Source: Spirochaetota bacterium | GTDB taxonomy: Bacteria; Spirochaetota; JAGLSM01 | DNA: 45,286 nucleotides | NCBI GenBank assembly: GCA_030634165.1 | Contig: DAOWBH010000002.1 | Span: 1 to 45,286 of the forward strand | Reading direction: 5' to 3' | Shown: positions 19,155 to 27,165 of the stretch, piece by piece | How positions within the stretch are numbered: position 1 is the first letter of the stretch | Layout: each line of letters opens with the position of its first letter | Position numbers and translations under genes: made by a program | The notes under the pieces: generated by a model | Told to the model about the DNA's origin: nothing | Seen by the model: the letters and a program-made list of their open reading frames with translations, nothing else | Database searches by the model: none

Positions 19155-19637
19155 ATGAATATTAATACTCAAATGACACCCAGACAGCTTGTGAAAGTTA
19201 AGTCACAGGTGGCGTCTCACAATAATAAGTTAAAAGCACAAGGAAGAAAAATCGGAAATGATATGGGTCAGGATAAGTACTTGAAACTTCTTGTTACTCA
19301 GCTTAGATACCAGGACCCTACAAATCCGATAAAAAATCATGCGTTTATCGCGCAGATGGCACAGTTTTCATCTTTGGAACAGATGACAAAGATGAATACA
19401 TCTATTATGAAGGTAGTTGACTCGAATAAAAGTGCAGAAGCGTACAGCCTGCTTGGTAAAAAGATCGAGTGGGTAGATAATAATACGAAAAAGTTCTTTA
19501 AGGGTATTGCCTCTTCATTGAGTTTGGCAAAGGGTAAACCTGTATTGAATGTTGATGGAAAGAAAGTTTCTCTGGAGAACATTCTAAAGGTATCTATTTC
19601 TCCAAAAACAGAAAAAGCCTTACATGGGAAGAGGTAG
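19155..19637 (+). CDS. flgD: Flagellar hook capping/assembly protein FlgD
   Basis: The DKYLKLLVTQLRYQDPTNP...AQMAQFSSLEQ signature. Confidence 0.92.
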   Translation: MNINTQMTPRQLVKVKSQVASHNNKLKAQGRKIGNDMGQDKYLKLLVTQLRYQDPTNPIKNHAFIAQMAQFSSLEQMTKMNTSIMKVVDSNKSAEAYSLLGKKIEWVDNNTKKFFKGIASSLSLAKGKPVLNVDGKKVSLENILKVSISPKTEKALHGKR

Positions 19638-19639
19638 TC

Positions 19640-20032
19640 ATGGTACAGGGTAATGCAAATTTACAGAGAATCCTTGCGGGTGTTGCAAAAGGGGATGCAT
19701 TTAAATCCGTAAAGAGGAATTCTTCTAACAGTTCTGTAGCGGGTAAGGAATTTAAGGACATTCTTGATCAAAAGTTGTCCCTTAAATTTTCAAAACATGC
19801 GCAAAAACGGCTGGAATCTAGAAACATCAATCTGACTGATACCGATGTTGAAAAGATTAACAGGGCAGTTGGGAATGCCCGTAAGAAGGGATCCAGAGAT
19901 TCACTGGTATTACTCAGAGATCTTGCGCTTATAGTAAGCGTAAAAAATAACACTGTTGTAACTGCTGTTAATGACAACACGGAAAAAGACAATGTGTTTA
20001 CTAATATCGATAGCGCTGTTATAGCAAAATAA
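19640..20032 (+). CDS. Small flagellar operon protein (TIGR02530-like family found between flgD and flgE)
   Basis: FSKHAQKRLESRNINL...KKGSRDSLVLL...VTAV...NVFTNIDSAVI matches my recollection of that family. The position is canonical. Confidence 0.55.
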   Translation: MVQGNANLQRILAGVAKGDAFKSVKRNSSNSSVAGKEFKDILDQKLSLKFSKHAQKRLESRNINLTDTDVEKINRAVGNARKKGSRDSLVLLRDLALIVSVKNNTVVTAVNDNTEKDNVFTNIDSAVIAK

Positions 20033-20085
20033 AAACTGGGAGATGTCCAAACAGACTGGCCCCTTTCAGGGAAGTCTTGAGGATT

Positions 20086-20115
20086 AGGTCCTGATGAAAC
20101 AGGTCCTGATAAAAC
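20086..20115 (+). repeat. Tandem 15-nt direct repeat in the flgE leader
   Basis: AGGTCCTGATGAAAC (20086-20100) followed immediately by AGGTCCTGATAAAAC (20101-20115); 14/15 identical. Confidence 0.9.
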
Positions 20116-20140
20116 CGATGCTTTTTTGGTTTTCGGTTTT
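20111..20140 (+). promoter_or_regulatory. Hairpin with a T-rich 3' side just upstream of flgE
   Basis: AAAACCGA (20111-20118) pairs with TCGGTTTT (20133-20140). An alternative pairing is AAAACC/GGTTTT. Confidence 0.45.
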
Positions 20141-20170
20141 AACTATTATATCCAATGAAAGGAGCGCATT

Positions 20171-21541
20171 ATGATGCGATCGCTCTATTCCGGAGTGTCC
20201 GGCCTGAAGAATCATCAGGTGAGAATGGACGTTCTTGGAAACAATATCTCCAATGTTAACACCACCGGCTTTAAAAAGGGAAGGGTAACCTTCCAGGATA
20301 TGTTATCCCAGACTATATCGGGCGCGGCAAGACCCAGCGAGGAAAAGGGTGGAGTCAATCCGAAACAGGTAGGCCTTGGAATGAATATTGCCAGTATTGA
20401 TACAATTCATACAAATGGCAGTGTTCAGGTAACAGGTAAAAACACCGACCTTGCTTTATTGGGGGGTGGGTTTTTTATCCAGAAAAAAGGCGGAGAAACA
20501 TTCTATTCCCGTGCCGGTAATTTTTCCATTGACAAGGATGGGATGCTTGTCAATCCCGCAAATGGATTCAAGGTTCAGGGATGGGCCGCTACAAAGGCTG
20601 ACGGCGGAAATTATGTTGTAAATACTTCTGCTTCAACAGGGGATTTAAAAATTCCTATAGGAGGAAAAGATCCGGCTAAGGCAACAAGTTTTATCAATTT
20701 CAAATGTAATCTTAATTCACTTACGCCGGTAATTCAGCCTAATGCCAGTCTTGCCAAGGATTATACATTCAAGAATTCTCATAAAATCGGGTTTCTTGTT
20801 TATGATTCTTATGGAAGTCCGCATAAGCTTACAATGTCGTTAACAAGACAGGGAAATAACATTTGGAGGGCTCAAACTACTGTTGCTGAAGGTACCAATG
20901 TTACGGTAGACTCTCCCGGTGGGAATAGAAACAATACCAATATCATGTACCTGACTTTTAACCGCAATGGTACAATAGCAACGGTAAGTGATACCCAGCC
21001 GAACGCGGCTCCTACCAATCTTATTCAGGGGAACAAACTCTTTTCAAATCTGAGTTATAATCTTCCTGACGGTTCTGTTAATACCGTACAGTTGAATCTT
21101 GGTACTGCCGGTCTTGTAGACGGGGTTACACAGTACGATCAGAGGTCAACAACTAAGGGTGTTGAGCAGGATGGCTACGGTATGGGTTATCTGCAGGCTT
21201 TTAATATTGACGATATGGGTACAATTACCGGGATTTATACAAATGGTCAAAAGCGTTCTATTGGAAGAATTTCTCTTGCAACTTTTACAAATCCGGGTGG
21301 TTTGGAAAAGGCAGGGTCAAATTATTACAAAGTCAGTAATAACTCCGGTCTTGCCAGAGTAGGTTCGGCCAATACAGAAGATAAGGGTTCCATCAGGGCA
21401 GGAGCTCTTGAGATGAGTAATGTTGATCTTTCAGAAGAATTTACTGATATGATTATTACTCAGAGAGGATTTCAGGCTAACTCCAGGGTTATTACTACAT
21501 CAGATCAAATGCTTCAGGAGTTATTAACACTTAAGAGGTAG
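20171..21541 (+). CDS. flgE: Flagellar hook protein FlgE
   Basis: N-terminal MRSLYSGVSGLKNHQVRMDVLGNNISNVNTTGFK and C-terminal GALEMSNVDLSEEFTDMIITQRGFQANSRVITTSDQMLQELL. Confidence 0.96.
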   Translation: MMRSLYSGVSGLKNHQVRMDVLGNNISNVNTTGFKKGRVTFQDMLSQTISGAARPSEEKGGVNPKQVGLGMNIASIDTIHTNGSVQVTGKNTDLALLGGGFFIQKKGGETFYSRAGNFSIDKDGMLVNPANGFKVQGWAATKADGGNYVVNTSASTGDLKIPIGGKDPAKATSFINFKCNLNSLTPVIQPNASLAKDYTFKNSHKIGFLVYDSYGSPHKLTMSLTRQGNNIWRAQTTVAEGTNVTVDSPGGNRNNTNIMYLTFNRNGTIATVSDTQPNAAPTNLIQGNKLFSNLSYNLPDGSVNTVQLNLGTAGLVDGVTQYDQRSTTKGVEQDGYGMGYLQAFNIDDMGTITGIYTNGQKRSIGRISLATFTNPGGLEKAGSNYYKVSNNSGLARVGSANTEDKGSIRAGALEMSNVDLSEEFTDMIITQRGFQANSRVITTSDQMLQELLTLKR

Positions 21542-21550
21542 TAGAGTAAT

Positions 21551-21592
21551 TATCACGGGTTTTTATGTTTAATTTTATAAAAACCCGTGATA
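21551..21592 (+). promoter_or_regulatory. Perfect 16-bp hairpin immediately after flgE, with no U-tract
   Basis: TATCACGGGTTTTTAT (21551-21566) and its exact reverse complement ATAAAAACCCGTGATA (21577-21592), with a 10-nt loop. Confidence 0.85.
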
Positions 21593-21679
21593 GCTTAAAG
21601 TGGCTGATTGTTTTTATTTTTTCAACTGTGAATAATTTAGTAAGTTTAAAATGTTATCATTTCCTGTATAATAGTTCAG

Positions 21680-21720
21680 GATTAAGATGTTTCCGGATGT
21701 AAATAAATCCGGTCTTAATC
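21680..21720 (+). promoter_or_regulatory. Second bulged hairpin in the flgE-flbD spacer, downstream of a perfect TATAAT (21667-21672)
   Basis: GATTAAGA...CCGGAT pairs with ATCCGG TCTTAATC (14 bp with a 5-nt bulge). Confidence 0.55.
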
Positions 21721-21767
21721 TAATGAAAGAATGACAGGCTTTTTTTAGCAATATTGCTCAAATAAGG

Positions 21768-21980
21768 ATGTATGATATGATAAAGGTTAGCAGACTTAAT
21801 AAATCCGAATTTTTTATTAATCCACATCAGATTGAGTTTATTGAAGAAACTCCCGATACTATAGTAAAGATGTTTTCGGGGAAAAAGGTAATTGTTTCCG
21901 AATCGATAGAAGAAGTGTTAAAATTGATAATTGACTATAGGCGCAGAATCGGTTTGATCGGGAACGAAACTATATTTTAG
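21768..21980 (+). CDS. flbD: Flagellar protein FlbD
   Basis: MIKVSRLNKSEFFINPHQIEFIEETPDTIVKMFSGKKVIVSESIEEVLKLIIDYRR is the FlbD family pattern. The start may be the ATG at 21777. Confidence 0.9.
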   Translation: MYDMIKVSRLNKSEFFINPHQIEFIEETPDTIVKMFSGKKVIVSESIEEVLKLIIDYRRRIGLIGNETIF

Positions 21981-22009
21981 TGAACCTATAGGTTCTTTTG
22001 GAGGATTTT

Positions 22010-22789
22010 ATGGATCTAGGTACTATTGGCGGCCTAATTGCAGGTTTTGCTGTTATTTTCTTTGGTATTTTAGTTGCCGATGGAGATCCTGTAGTTTTTG
22101 TTAATATGCCGTCAGTTCTAATTACGATTGGTGGAACAACTTCAGCGATGTTTGTATCCTATCCGATTAAGGTTCTTTTTGGTATTCTTTCTGTAGTTAA
22201 AAACACTTTTTTTACTAAAGAGGAGAATCCGAGTCAAATTATAGACATGCTTGTTACTTTTTCTGAAAAAGCAAGACGTGAGGGTTTATTAGCTTTAGAA
22301 GATGATGTGGATGAGGTACAGGATACCTTTTTGAAGAAGGGCATTCAATTGGTAGTTGATGGAACTGATCCTGAACTTGTTAAAAATATATTAATGGCGG
22401 ATATAAACAAGCTTGAAGAAAGACATTCGGCCGGCATAGGTTTTTTTGATCTTTCCGCGGCTATTGCTCCCGCGTTTGGAATGATTGGAACTCTTATTGG
22501 ACTTATTCTCATGCTTGGAAGACTGGAAGATAAAAGTGCGATTGGTGCCGGTATGTCAACAGCTCTTATTACAACGCTGTATGGTTCATTTATAGCGAAC
22601 CTGATACTTATTCCTATTGGCAACAAGCTTTCCTACAATAGCAGCAGGGAGATACTTTTAAAAGAAATTATGATTGAGGGAACTCTTTCCATACAATCCG
22701 GGGATAATCCCCGGATTGTAAAGGATAAACTTGCATCCTATTTACCTCCTGTAATGAGAGAACAAATAGGGGAAGAAAAGGAATTTTAG
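22010..22789 (+). CDS. motA: Flagellar stator protein MotA
   Basis: Four-TM MotA/TolQ/ExbB pattern (AIAPAFGMIGTLIGLI...TTLYGSFIAN). The ATG at 22010 follows GGAGGA. The track start at 21998 is an upstream TTG. Confidence 0.93.
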   Translation: MDLGTIGGLIAGFAVIFFGILVADGDPVVFVNMPSVLITIGGTTSAMFVSYPIKVLFGILSVVKNTFFTKEENPSQIIDMLVTFSEKARREGLLALEDDVDEVQDTFLKKGIQLVVDGTDPELVKNILMADINKLEERHSAGIGFFDLSAAIAPAFGMIGTLIGLILMLGRLEDKSAIGAGMSTALITTLYGSFIANLILIPIGNKLSYNSSREILLKEIMIEGTLSIQSGDNPRIVKDKLASYLPPVMREQIGEEKEF

Positions 22790-22792
22790 ATA

Positions 22793-23518
22793 ATGGCATT
22801 AGAACGTCGAAAAAAGAAAAAAAAGGAGCGGGGCGCACCTGCCTATATGCTTACCTATGGAGACATGGTAACTTTGCTTCTGACATTTTTTGTTATGATG
22901 TTTACTATAGCTGAAATAGATGGACGTGAGTTGAGGCTTATTCTATCTGCCTTTACAGGTTCTATGGGGCAGTTTGAAGGCGGTATGACTCTATCCAAGG
23001 GTGATCTTGAAGAGATGGGAATGAATCTTGAGAATCTTCCAGCCCGGGAAAAGGGTTCTACTCTCGCACGCGCCATAAAGGAAGCCAAGGAAATACTTAA
23101 ACCTGAATTGAGGGCGAAACGGATCAGAATAAGAGAGGATGAACGGGGGCTTGTCATATCTCTTGGCGCGGATGCTTTTTTTAAACCGGGGTCTGCTGTA
23201 CTACAGATGGATAAAGATTCCGAAATATTAAAAAAAGTTTCACAGATAGTAAGCCGCATAACAAATAAAATTGTAGTTGAAGGCCACACGGACAGTAATC
23301 CTATTAACATTGTAGTAAAAAAGGGAGTGAAATTCAGATCTAACTGGGAGCTTTCAACAGCCCGTTCAATATCGGTTCTTAACTATCTTGTTAAGGAAGG
23401 CGTCAAGGAGAGTCAGTTTTCAATTGCCGGTTTTTCCATGTATAAACCAATAGAGAAAAATGATACACCGGAAGGACGTGCATATAATAGAAGGATAGAT
23501 ATTGTAATAATGAGGTAA
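22793..23518 (+). CDS. motB: Flagellar stator protein MotB (OmpA-like C-terminal domain)
   Basis: N-terminal AYMLTYGDMVTLLLTFFVMMF, which contains the conserved Asp. The C-terminus reads VEGHTDSNPI...WELSTARSISV...YNRRIDIVI. Confidence 0.93.
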   Translation: MALERRKKKKKERGAPAYMLTYGDMVTLLLTFFVMMFTIAEIDGRELRLILSAFTGSMGQFEGGMTLSKGDLEEMGMNLENLPAREKGSTLARAIKEAKEILKPELRAKRIRIREDERGLVISLGADAFFKPGSAVLQMDKDSEILKKVSQIVSRITNKIVVEGHTDSNPINIVVKKGVKFRSNWELSTARSISVLNYLVKEGVKESQFSIAGFSMYKPIEKNDTPEGRAYNRRIDIVIMR

Positions 23519-23554
23519 AATTTATTATAAAGGGTTTGATTTTTAATTATACTC

Positions 23555-23581
23555 TAACTTGATTAATAAATTTGCCGATAT
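23555..23581 (+). promoter_or_regulatory. Near-consensus sigma-28 (FliA/SigD-type) promoter upstream of fliL: TAAC-N15-GCCGATAT
   Basis: GCCGATAT at 23574-23581 is an exact match to the SigD-type -10. TAAC at 23555-23558 is 3/4 to TAAA at the exact 15-nt spacing. The site is intergenic, 115 nt before the fliL ATG. Confidence 0.6.
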
Positions 23582-23610
23582 TATAAGTGATCTTTAATAG
23601 CTGAATTTGT

Positions 23611-23627
23611 CCCGATAATATATCGGG
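23611..23627 (+). promoter_or_regulatory. Hairpin in the fliL leader
   Basis: CCCGATA-ATA-TATCGGG, a 7-bp stem. Confidence 0.5.
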
Positions 23628-23695
23628 AGTGGGCATGAAGAGTTGTTAAAAATGGGTTTATAGAGCTGTCCATAACTAATTTATAGGAGAAGACA

Positions 23696-24256
23696 ATGGG
23701 CGATAATGAAAATTTTGATGATCTTGGTCTTGAAGATGAGGGGATAGAGGGACAGGACGGTCAGTCATCAGAAGGCGGTGGTATAAAGAGTTTTTTTTCC
23801 GGAGCATTAATTCGTATACTCCTTTATGTCGCAGCAGTTATTCTGGTGATCATTATTGCTGTTATAGTATCCAAGATGACTGCTGAATCTGTTTCAAAGT
23901 CGCAAGGGTATAAGCAGGATAAGGAAATGTTTAAAGAACAAGCCCCTCCAATGAGTACTTTTAAAATGGAACCTTTTTTAATAAATACTGCGGACAGGGA
24001 CGAAAACCATCTTGTCAGGGTTAAATTAAGGCTTGCTTATAAAAAGAATAACCTTAAACTGCAGACAGAGCTTCTTGCGAGACGTTCCCAGGTAAGGGAT
24101 TTAATATTATTATTTTTCGGAGGAAAGAAGAAAGAGCATATGGATACCTCTGAGAAAAAAATCCGGCTGAAAAAGAGTCTAAAAAACACAATAAACCGGG
24201 TTTTGCAAAGTGGAATGATTCTTGATATATATTATGAGGAATTTTCGGTAAGTTAA
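23696..24256 (+). CDS. fliL: Flagellar basal-body-associated protein FliL
   Basis: A single TM followed by FLINTADRDENHLVRVKLRLAY...RSQVRDLILLFF...LKNTINRVL, the FliL family pattern. Confidence 0.88.
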   Translation: MGDNENFDDLGLEDEGIEGQDGQSSEGGGIKSFFSGALIRILLYVAAVILVIIIAVIVSKMTAESVSKSQGYKQDKEMFKEQAPPMSTFKMEPFLINTADRDENHLVRVKLRLAYKKNNLKLQTELLARRSQVRDLILLFFGGKKKEHMDTSEKKIRLKKSLKNTINRVLQSGMILDIYYEEFSVS

Positions 24257-24275
24257 AATAAATTGAGGAGTATGT

Positions 24276-25307
24276 ATGACAGAAGTACTGTCACAGGACG
24301 AAATTGATGCGCTATTAACCGCTATATCTACAGGGGAAAGTGATACTGAAGAGATTAAGGTTGTAAGCGATCAGCGTAAAGTTAAAATTTACGATTTTAA
24401 ACGTCCTGATAAATTTTCAAAAGACCAGATACGTACTCTGCAGATGATGCATGAGACTTTTGCCCGTCTTACCACAACCTCATTATCAGCTCAGCTTCGG
24501 ACACTGGTTCATGTTCATGTCGCGTCGGTAGATCAGTTGACCTATGAGGAATTTATCAGGTCAATTCCAAGTCCTACAACGCTGGCTGTTATTAATATGG
24601 ATCCATTAAAAGGAAGTTCAGTACTTGAAATTGATCCATCTATAACCTTTACTATTATTGACAGGCTTTTCGGCGGCAGCGGAGAAGCTACAAAGATAAG
24701 CAGGGAATTAACAGATATTGAGATATCTGTAATGGAAAATATTATAGTACGTATTCTGGCTAATCTCAGGGAGTCCTGGTCTAACGTTATTGATTTAAGA
24801 CCAAGGCTTGGAAATATAGAAACGAATCCTCAATTTGCTCAGATTGTGCCTCCAAACGATATGGTGGTGCTTGTAACTCTGGAAACAAAGGTTGGGGAAG
24901 TAGAAGGAATGATTAACTTTTGTATTCCTTACATTACAATTGAGCCGATTATATCTAAATTATCTGCTCAGTATTGGTATTCCAGTATCAGGAAGGGAAC
25001 TACAACAGAAAATCTTAACCTGTTAAAAGAACGTCTTGATTCGGTTTTCCTGTTTGTTAAGGCTGAATTAGGCGAAGTGGAACTTTCGATGAATGATGTA
25101 GTTAATTTGAGTGCGGGAGATACAGTCCTTTTGCCGAACGCAAAAATAAATTCAGACATGCTTTTAAAAATTGGAAATAAACCCAAATTCAGATGCAGAC
25201 CTGGTATTGTAAGTAACAGAATGGCTGTTCAGGTTGTTGGACAGCTTGAAGAAATTACAGAAGATATGCTTGAAGAAATAGCAAGAGGAGGGGATGATAA
25301 TGAGTGA
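24276..25307 (+). CDS. fliM: Flagellar motor switch protein FliM
   Basis: N-terminal LSQDEIDALL CheY-P docking motif, then RKVKIYDFKRPDKFSKDQIRTLQMMHETFAR and the C-terminal SpoA-like domain. Confidence 0.96.
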   Translation: MTEVLSQDEIDALLTAISTGESDTEEIKVVSDQRKVKIYDFKRPDKFSKDQIRTLQMMHETFARLTTTSLSAQLRTLVHVHVASVDQLTYEEFIRSIPSPTTLAVINMDPLKGSSVLEIDPSITFTIIDRLFGGSGEATKISRELTDIEISVMENIIVRILANLRESWSNVIDLRPRLGNIETNPQFAQIVPPNDMVVLVTLETKVGEVEGMINFCIPYITIEPIISKLSAQYWYSSIRKGTTTENLNLLKERLDSVFLFVKAELGEVELSMNDVVNLSAGDTVLLPNAKINSDMLLKIGNKPKFRCRPGIVSNRMAVQVVGQLEEITEDMLEEIARGGDDNE

Positions 25308-26388
25308 TGGTTCTTTATCCCAGGAAGAAATTGATGCTCTATTAGCGGGTACTGATGAACTTATGAGCGGCAGCAACGCCAGTACAAGTATGGCGGCTCC
25401 TGCGGCTTCTTCTGAAACGCTTTCCGACAATGAAAAATCTACTCTGCTGGATGTGATACGTGCTGCGACTGACGCGGCTGCATCGAGTCTAAGCACCATT
25501 ATATCAGCTCAAGTTGGAGTTGGTATGATGAAGGTTGATGTAATGGGGCCTGAGGAGATCAGAGCTGAACTGGTCGGACATTTGGTTCAGGTCAGCATGA
25601 ACCTTCAGGATGGTATTTCAGGTGATAATATTTTTGTGCTTCAGGATTCAGGTGCTATAACAATTTCCAATATGACTATGGGGCAGACCGGTCAGGAATT
25701 AACTGATATGGCATTAAATGCCCTTGTGCAGACTATGAATCAAATGTATGGCGCTGCTGCCTCAAGTATGGCAGGTAAACTTGGTAAGTCTGTTCGTTTT
25801 GCTGAAGCTAATGCAATAATGGCAAACTCAAGTACCGAGTTGACTTTTCCAACCGGAAATAAGCTTGCACGTGTATCTTATACACTTAAACCTGAAGGTC
25901 AGGATCAGATTCAGGTTACACAAATAATGCCTTTCAAACTTGTAAAAGAAATTGTCAACACTGTTATGGGTATTGGAAGCGATATGTCTTTTGGTTCTAT
26001 GGCGCCTCAGGATGCGAGTCCCGGATTTGCCGGAGGGCCGGTTATGGATTCATCTCCTTCTCAAGGGCAAATTGGTGTGGCAAATGTGCAATATCCGCAG
26101 TTTTCACAGGGAGTTCAGGGGAAAAACAACAGTAACATTGGTCTTCTCATGGACGTTCAGATGCAGCTCACTGTGGAGTTGGGCCGCACAAAAATGCTTA
26201 TTAAAGATATTCTTGGCCTCGGAGAAGGTTCCATTATTGAGCTTGAAAAACTTGCGGGTGAACCGGTAGACCTTCTTGTTAACCAGAAACTTATCGCGAA
26301 GGGTGAGGTTGTGGTTATTGACGAAAACTTTGGAGTTCGTGTAACAGAAATTGTTTCTCCAATGGAGCGTATTGATAATATTCATTAA
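25300..26388 (+). CDS. fliY: Flagellar motor switch protein FliY (CheC-like middle domain plus FliN/SpoA C-terminal domain)
   Basis: N-terminal LSQEEIDALL and the C-terminal FliN block LLMDVQMQLTVELGRTKMLIKDILGLGEGSIIELEKLAGEPVDLLVNQKLIAKGEVVVIDENFGVRVTEI. The ATG at 25300 is better spaced from GAGGAGGGG than the track start at 25294. Confidence 0.92.
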   Translation: MSDGSLSQEEIDALLAGTDELMSGSNASTSMAAPAASSETLSDNEKSTLLDVIRAATDAAASSLSTIISAQVGVGMMKVDVMGPEEIRAELVGHLVQVSMNLQDGISGDNIFVLQDSGAITISNMTMGQTGQELTDMALNALVQTMNQMYGAAASSMAGKLGKSVRFAEANAIMANSSTELTFPTGNKLARVSYTLKPEGQDQIQVTQIMPFKLVKEIVNTVMGIGSDMSFGSMAPQDASPGFAGGPVMDSSPSQGQIGVANVQYPQFSQGVQGKNNSNIGLLMDVQMQLTVELGRTKMLIKDILGLGEGSIIELEKLAGEPVDLLVNQKLIAKGEVVVIDENFGVRVTEIVSPMERIDNIH

Positions 26389-26429
26389 TTAACGGTGTAA
26401 AAGATAAATAACATTTTTCGGGAGGGGAA

Positions 26430-27047
26430 ATGCGGAAAAAAACAATTATTTTGTTTTTAATAATTTTTAATATTATTTATTTGTTACCTCAAGGTTTTGC
26501 GGTTACTAATACTTCTTCTAAAACTAATGACAACTACATAAAAAACATTAATAAACGGCAGGATGTTTTAGGTCAAAATCAGAAAAATGCGAAGAATCAG
26601 GATATTGGTATTGGCGGTCTTGGTACCTTTGTTGAGACTCTGATAATTCTTGCTCTATTTGTTGTGGGCATATACGGCATTTTCCGCTTCATTCAGAAAA
26701 AGAGAGGGGGCGGCTTTGGTTCCCCTGCTGTTATTAAGGTCATTTCAAGCACCGGTCTCGGCGGCAACAGAATGCTCCAGATTGTAGAGGTTGGTTCAAA
26801 AATATTTTTAATAGGTGTCACTGATAATACAATTAATCTTCTCTCAGAAATTGATGATAAAGAAACCATTGATTGGTTAAGACTCGAGTATTCAAGGCAG
26901 CCTCAAAAAGGGGCAGAGGGATTTCTTGAGAAATTGACTTCATTTCTCGGCCGTGCCGGAAACCAGGTTAAACCTGCAGATAACGGTGAAAAGATTGATT
27001 TTATGAAAAAACAGCGGGACAGACTAAGAAAAATAAAAAATAAATAA
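26430..27047 (+). CDS. fliO: Flagellar biosynthesis protein FliO/FliZ
   Basis: An N-terminal hydrophobic segment, a second TM (FVETLIILALFVVGIYGIFRFI), then the VIKVISSTGLGGNRMLQIVEVGSKIFLIGVTDNTINLL block. Sits immediately before fliP. Confidence 0.8.
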   Translation: MRKKTIILFLIIFNIIYLLPQGFAVTNTSSKTNDNYIKNINKRQDVLGQNQKNAKNQDIGIGGLGTFVETLIILALFVVGIYGIFRFIQKKRGGGFGSPAVIKVISSTGLGGNRMLQIVEVGSKIFLIGVTDNTINLLSEIDDKETIDWLRLEYSRQPQKGAEGFLEKLTSFLGRAGNQVKPADNGEKIDFMKKQRDRLRKIKNK

Positions 27048-27165
27048 ATCTTTACAAAAATTTAAATTACGTTAATATTTAGAGCATTGAATAGCTAAAA
27101 TTTCGTTTCAGGGCTGTATTTTACTATAAACAGGCCTTTTTTCGGGACCATCCTAGGGAGGGGAA

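Noticed and set aside
20043-20087. 14-codon mini-ORF (MSKQTGPFQGSLED) upstream of flgE
   Set aside because: The GGGAG abuts the ATG with no spacer, the ORF is very short, and nothing else supports it.
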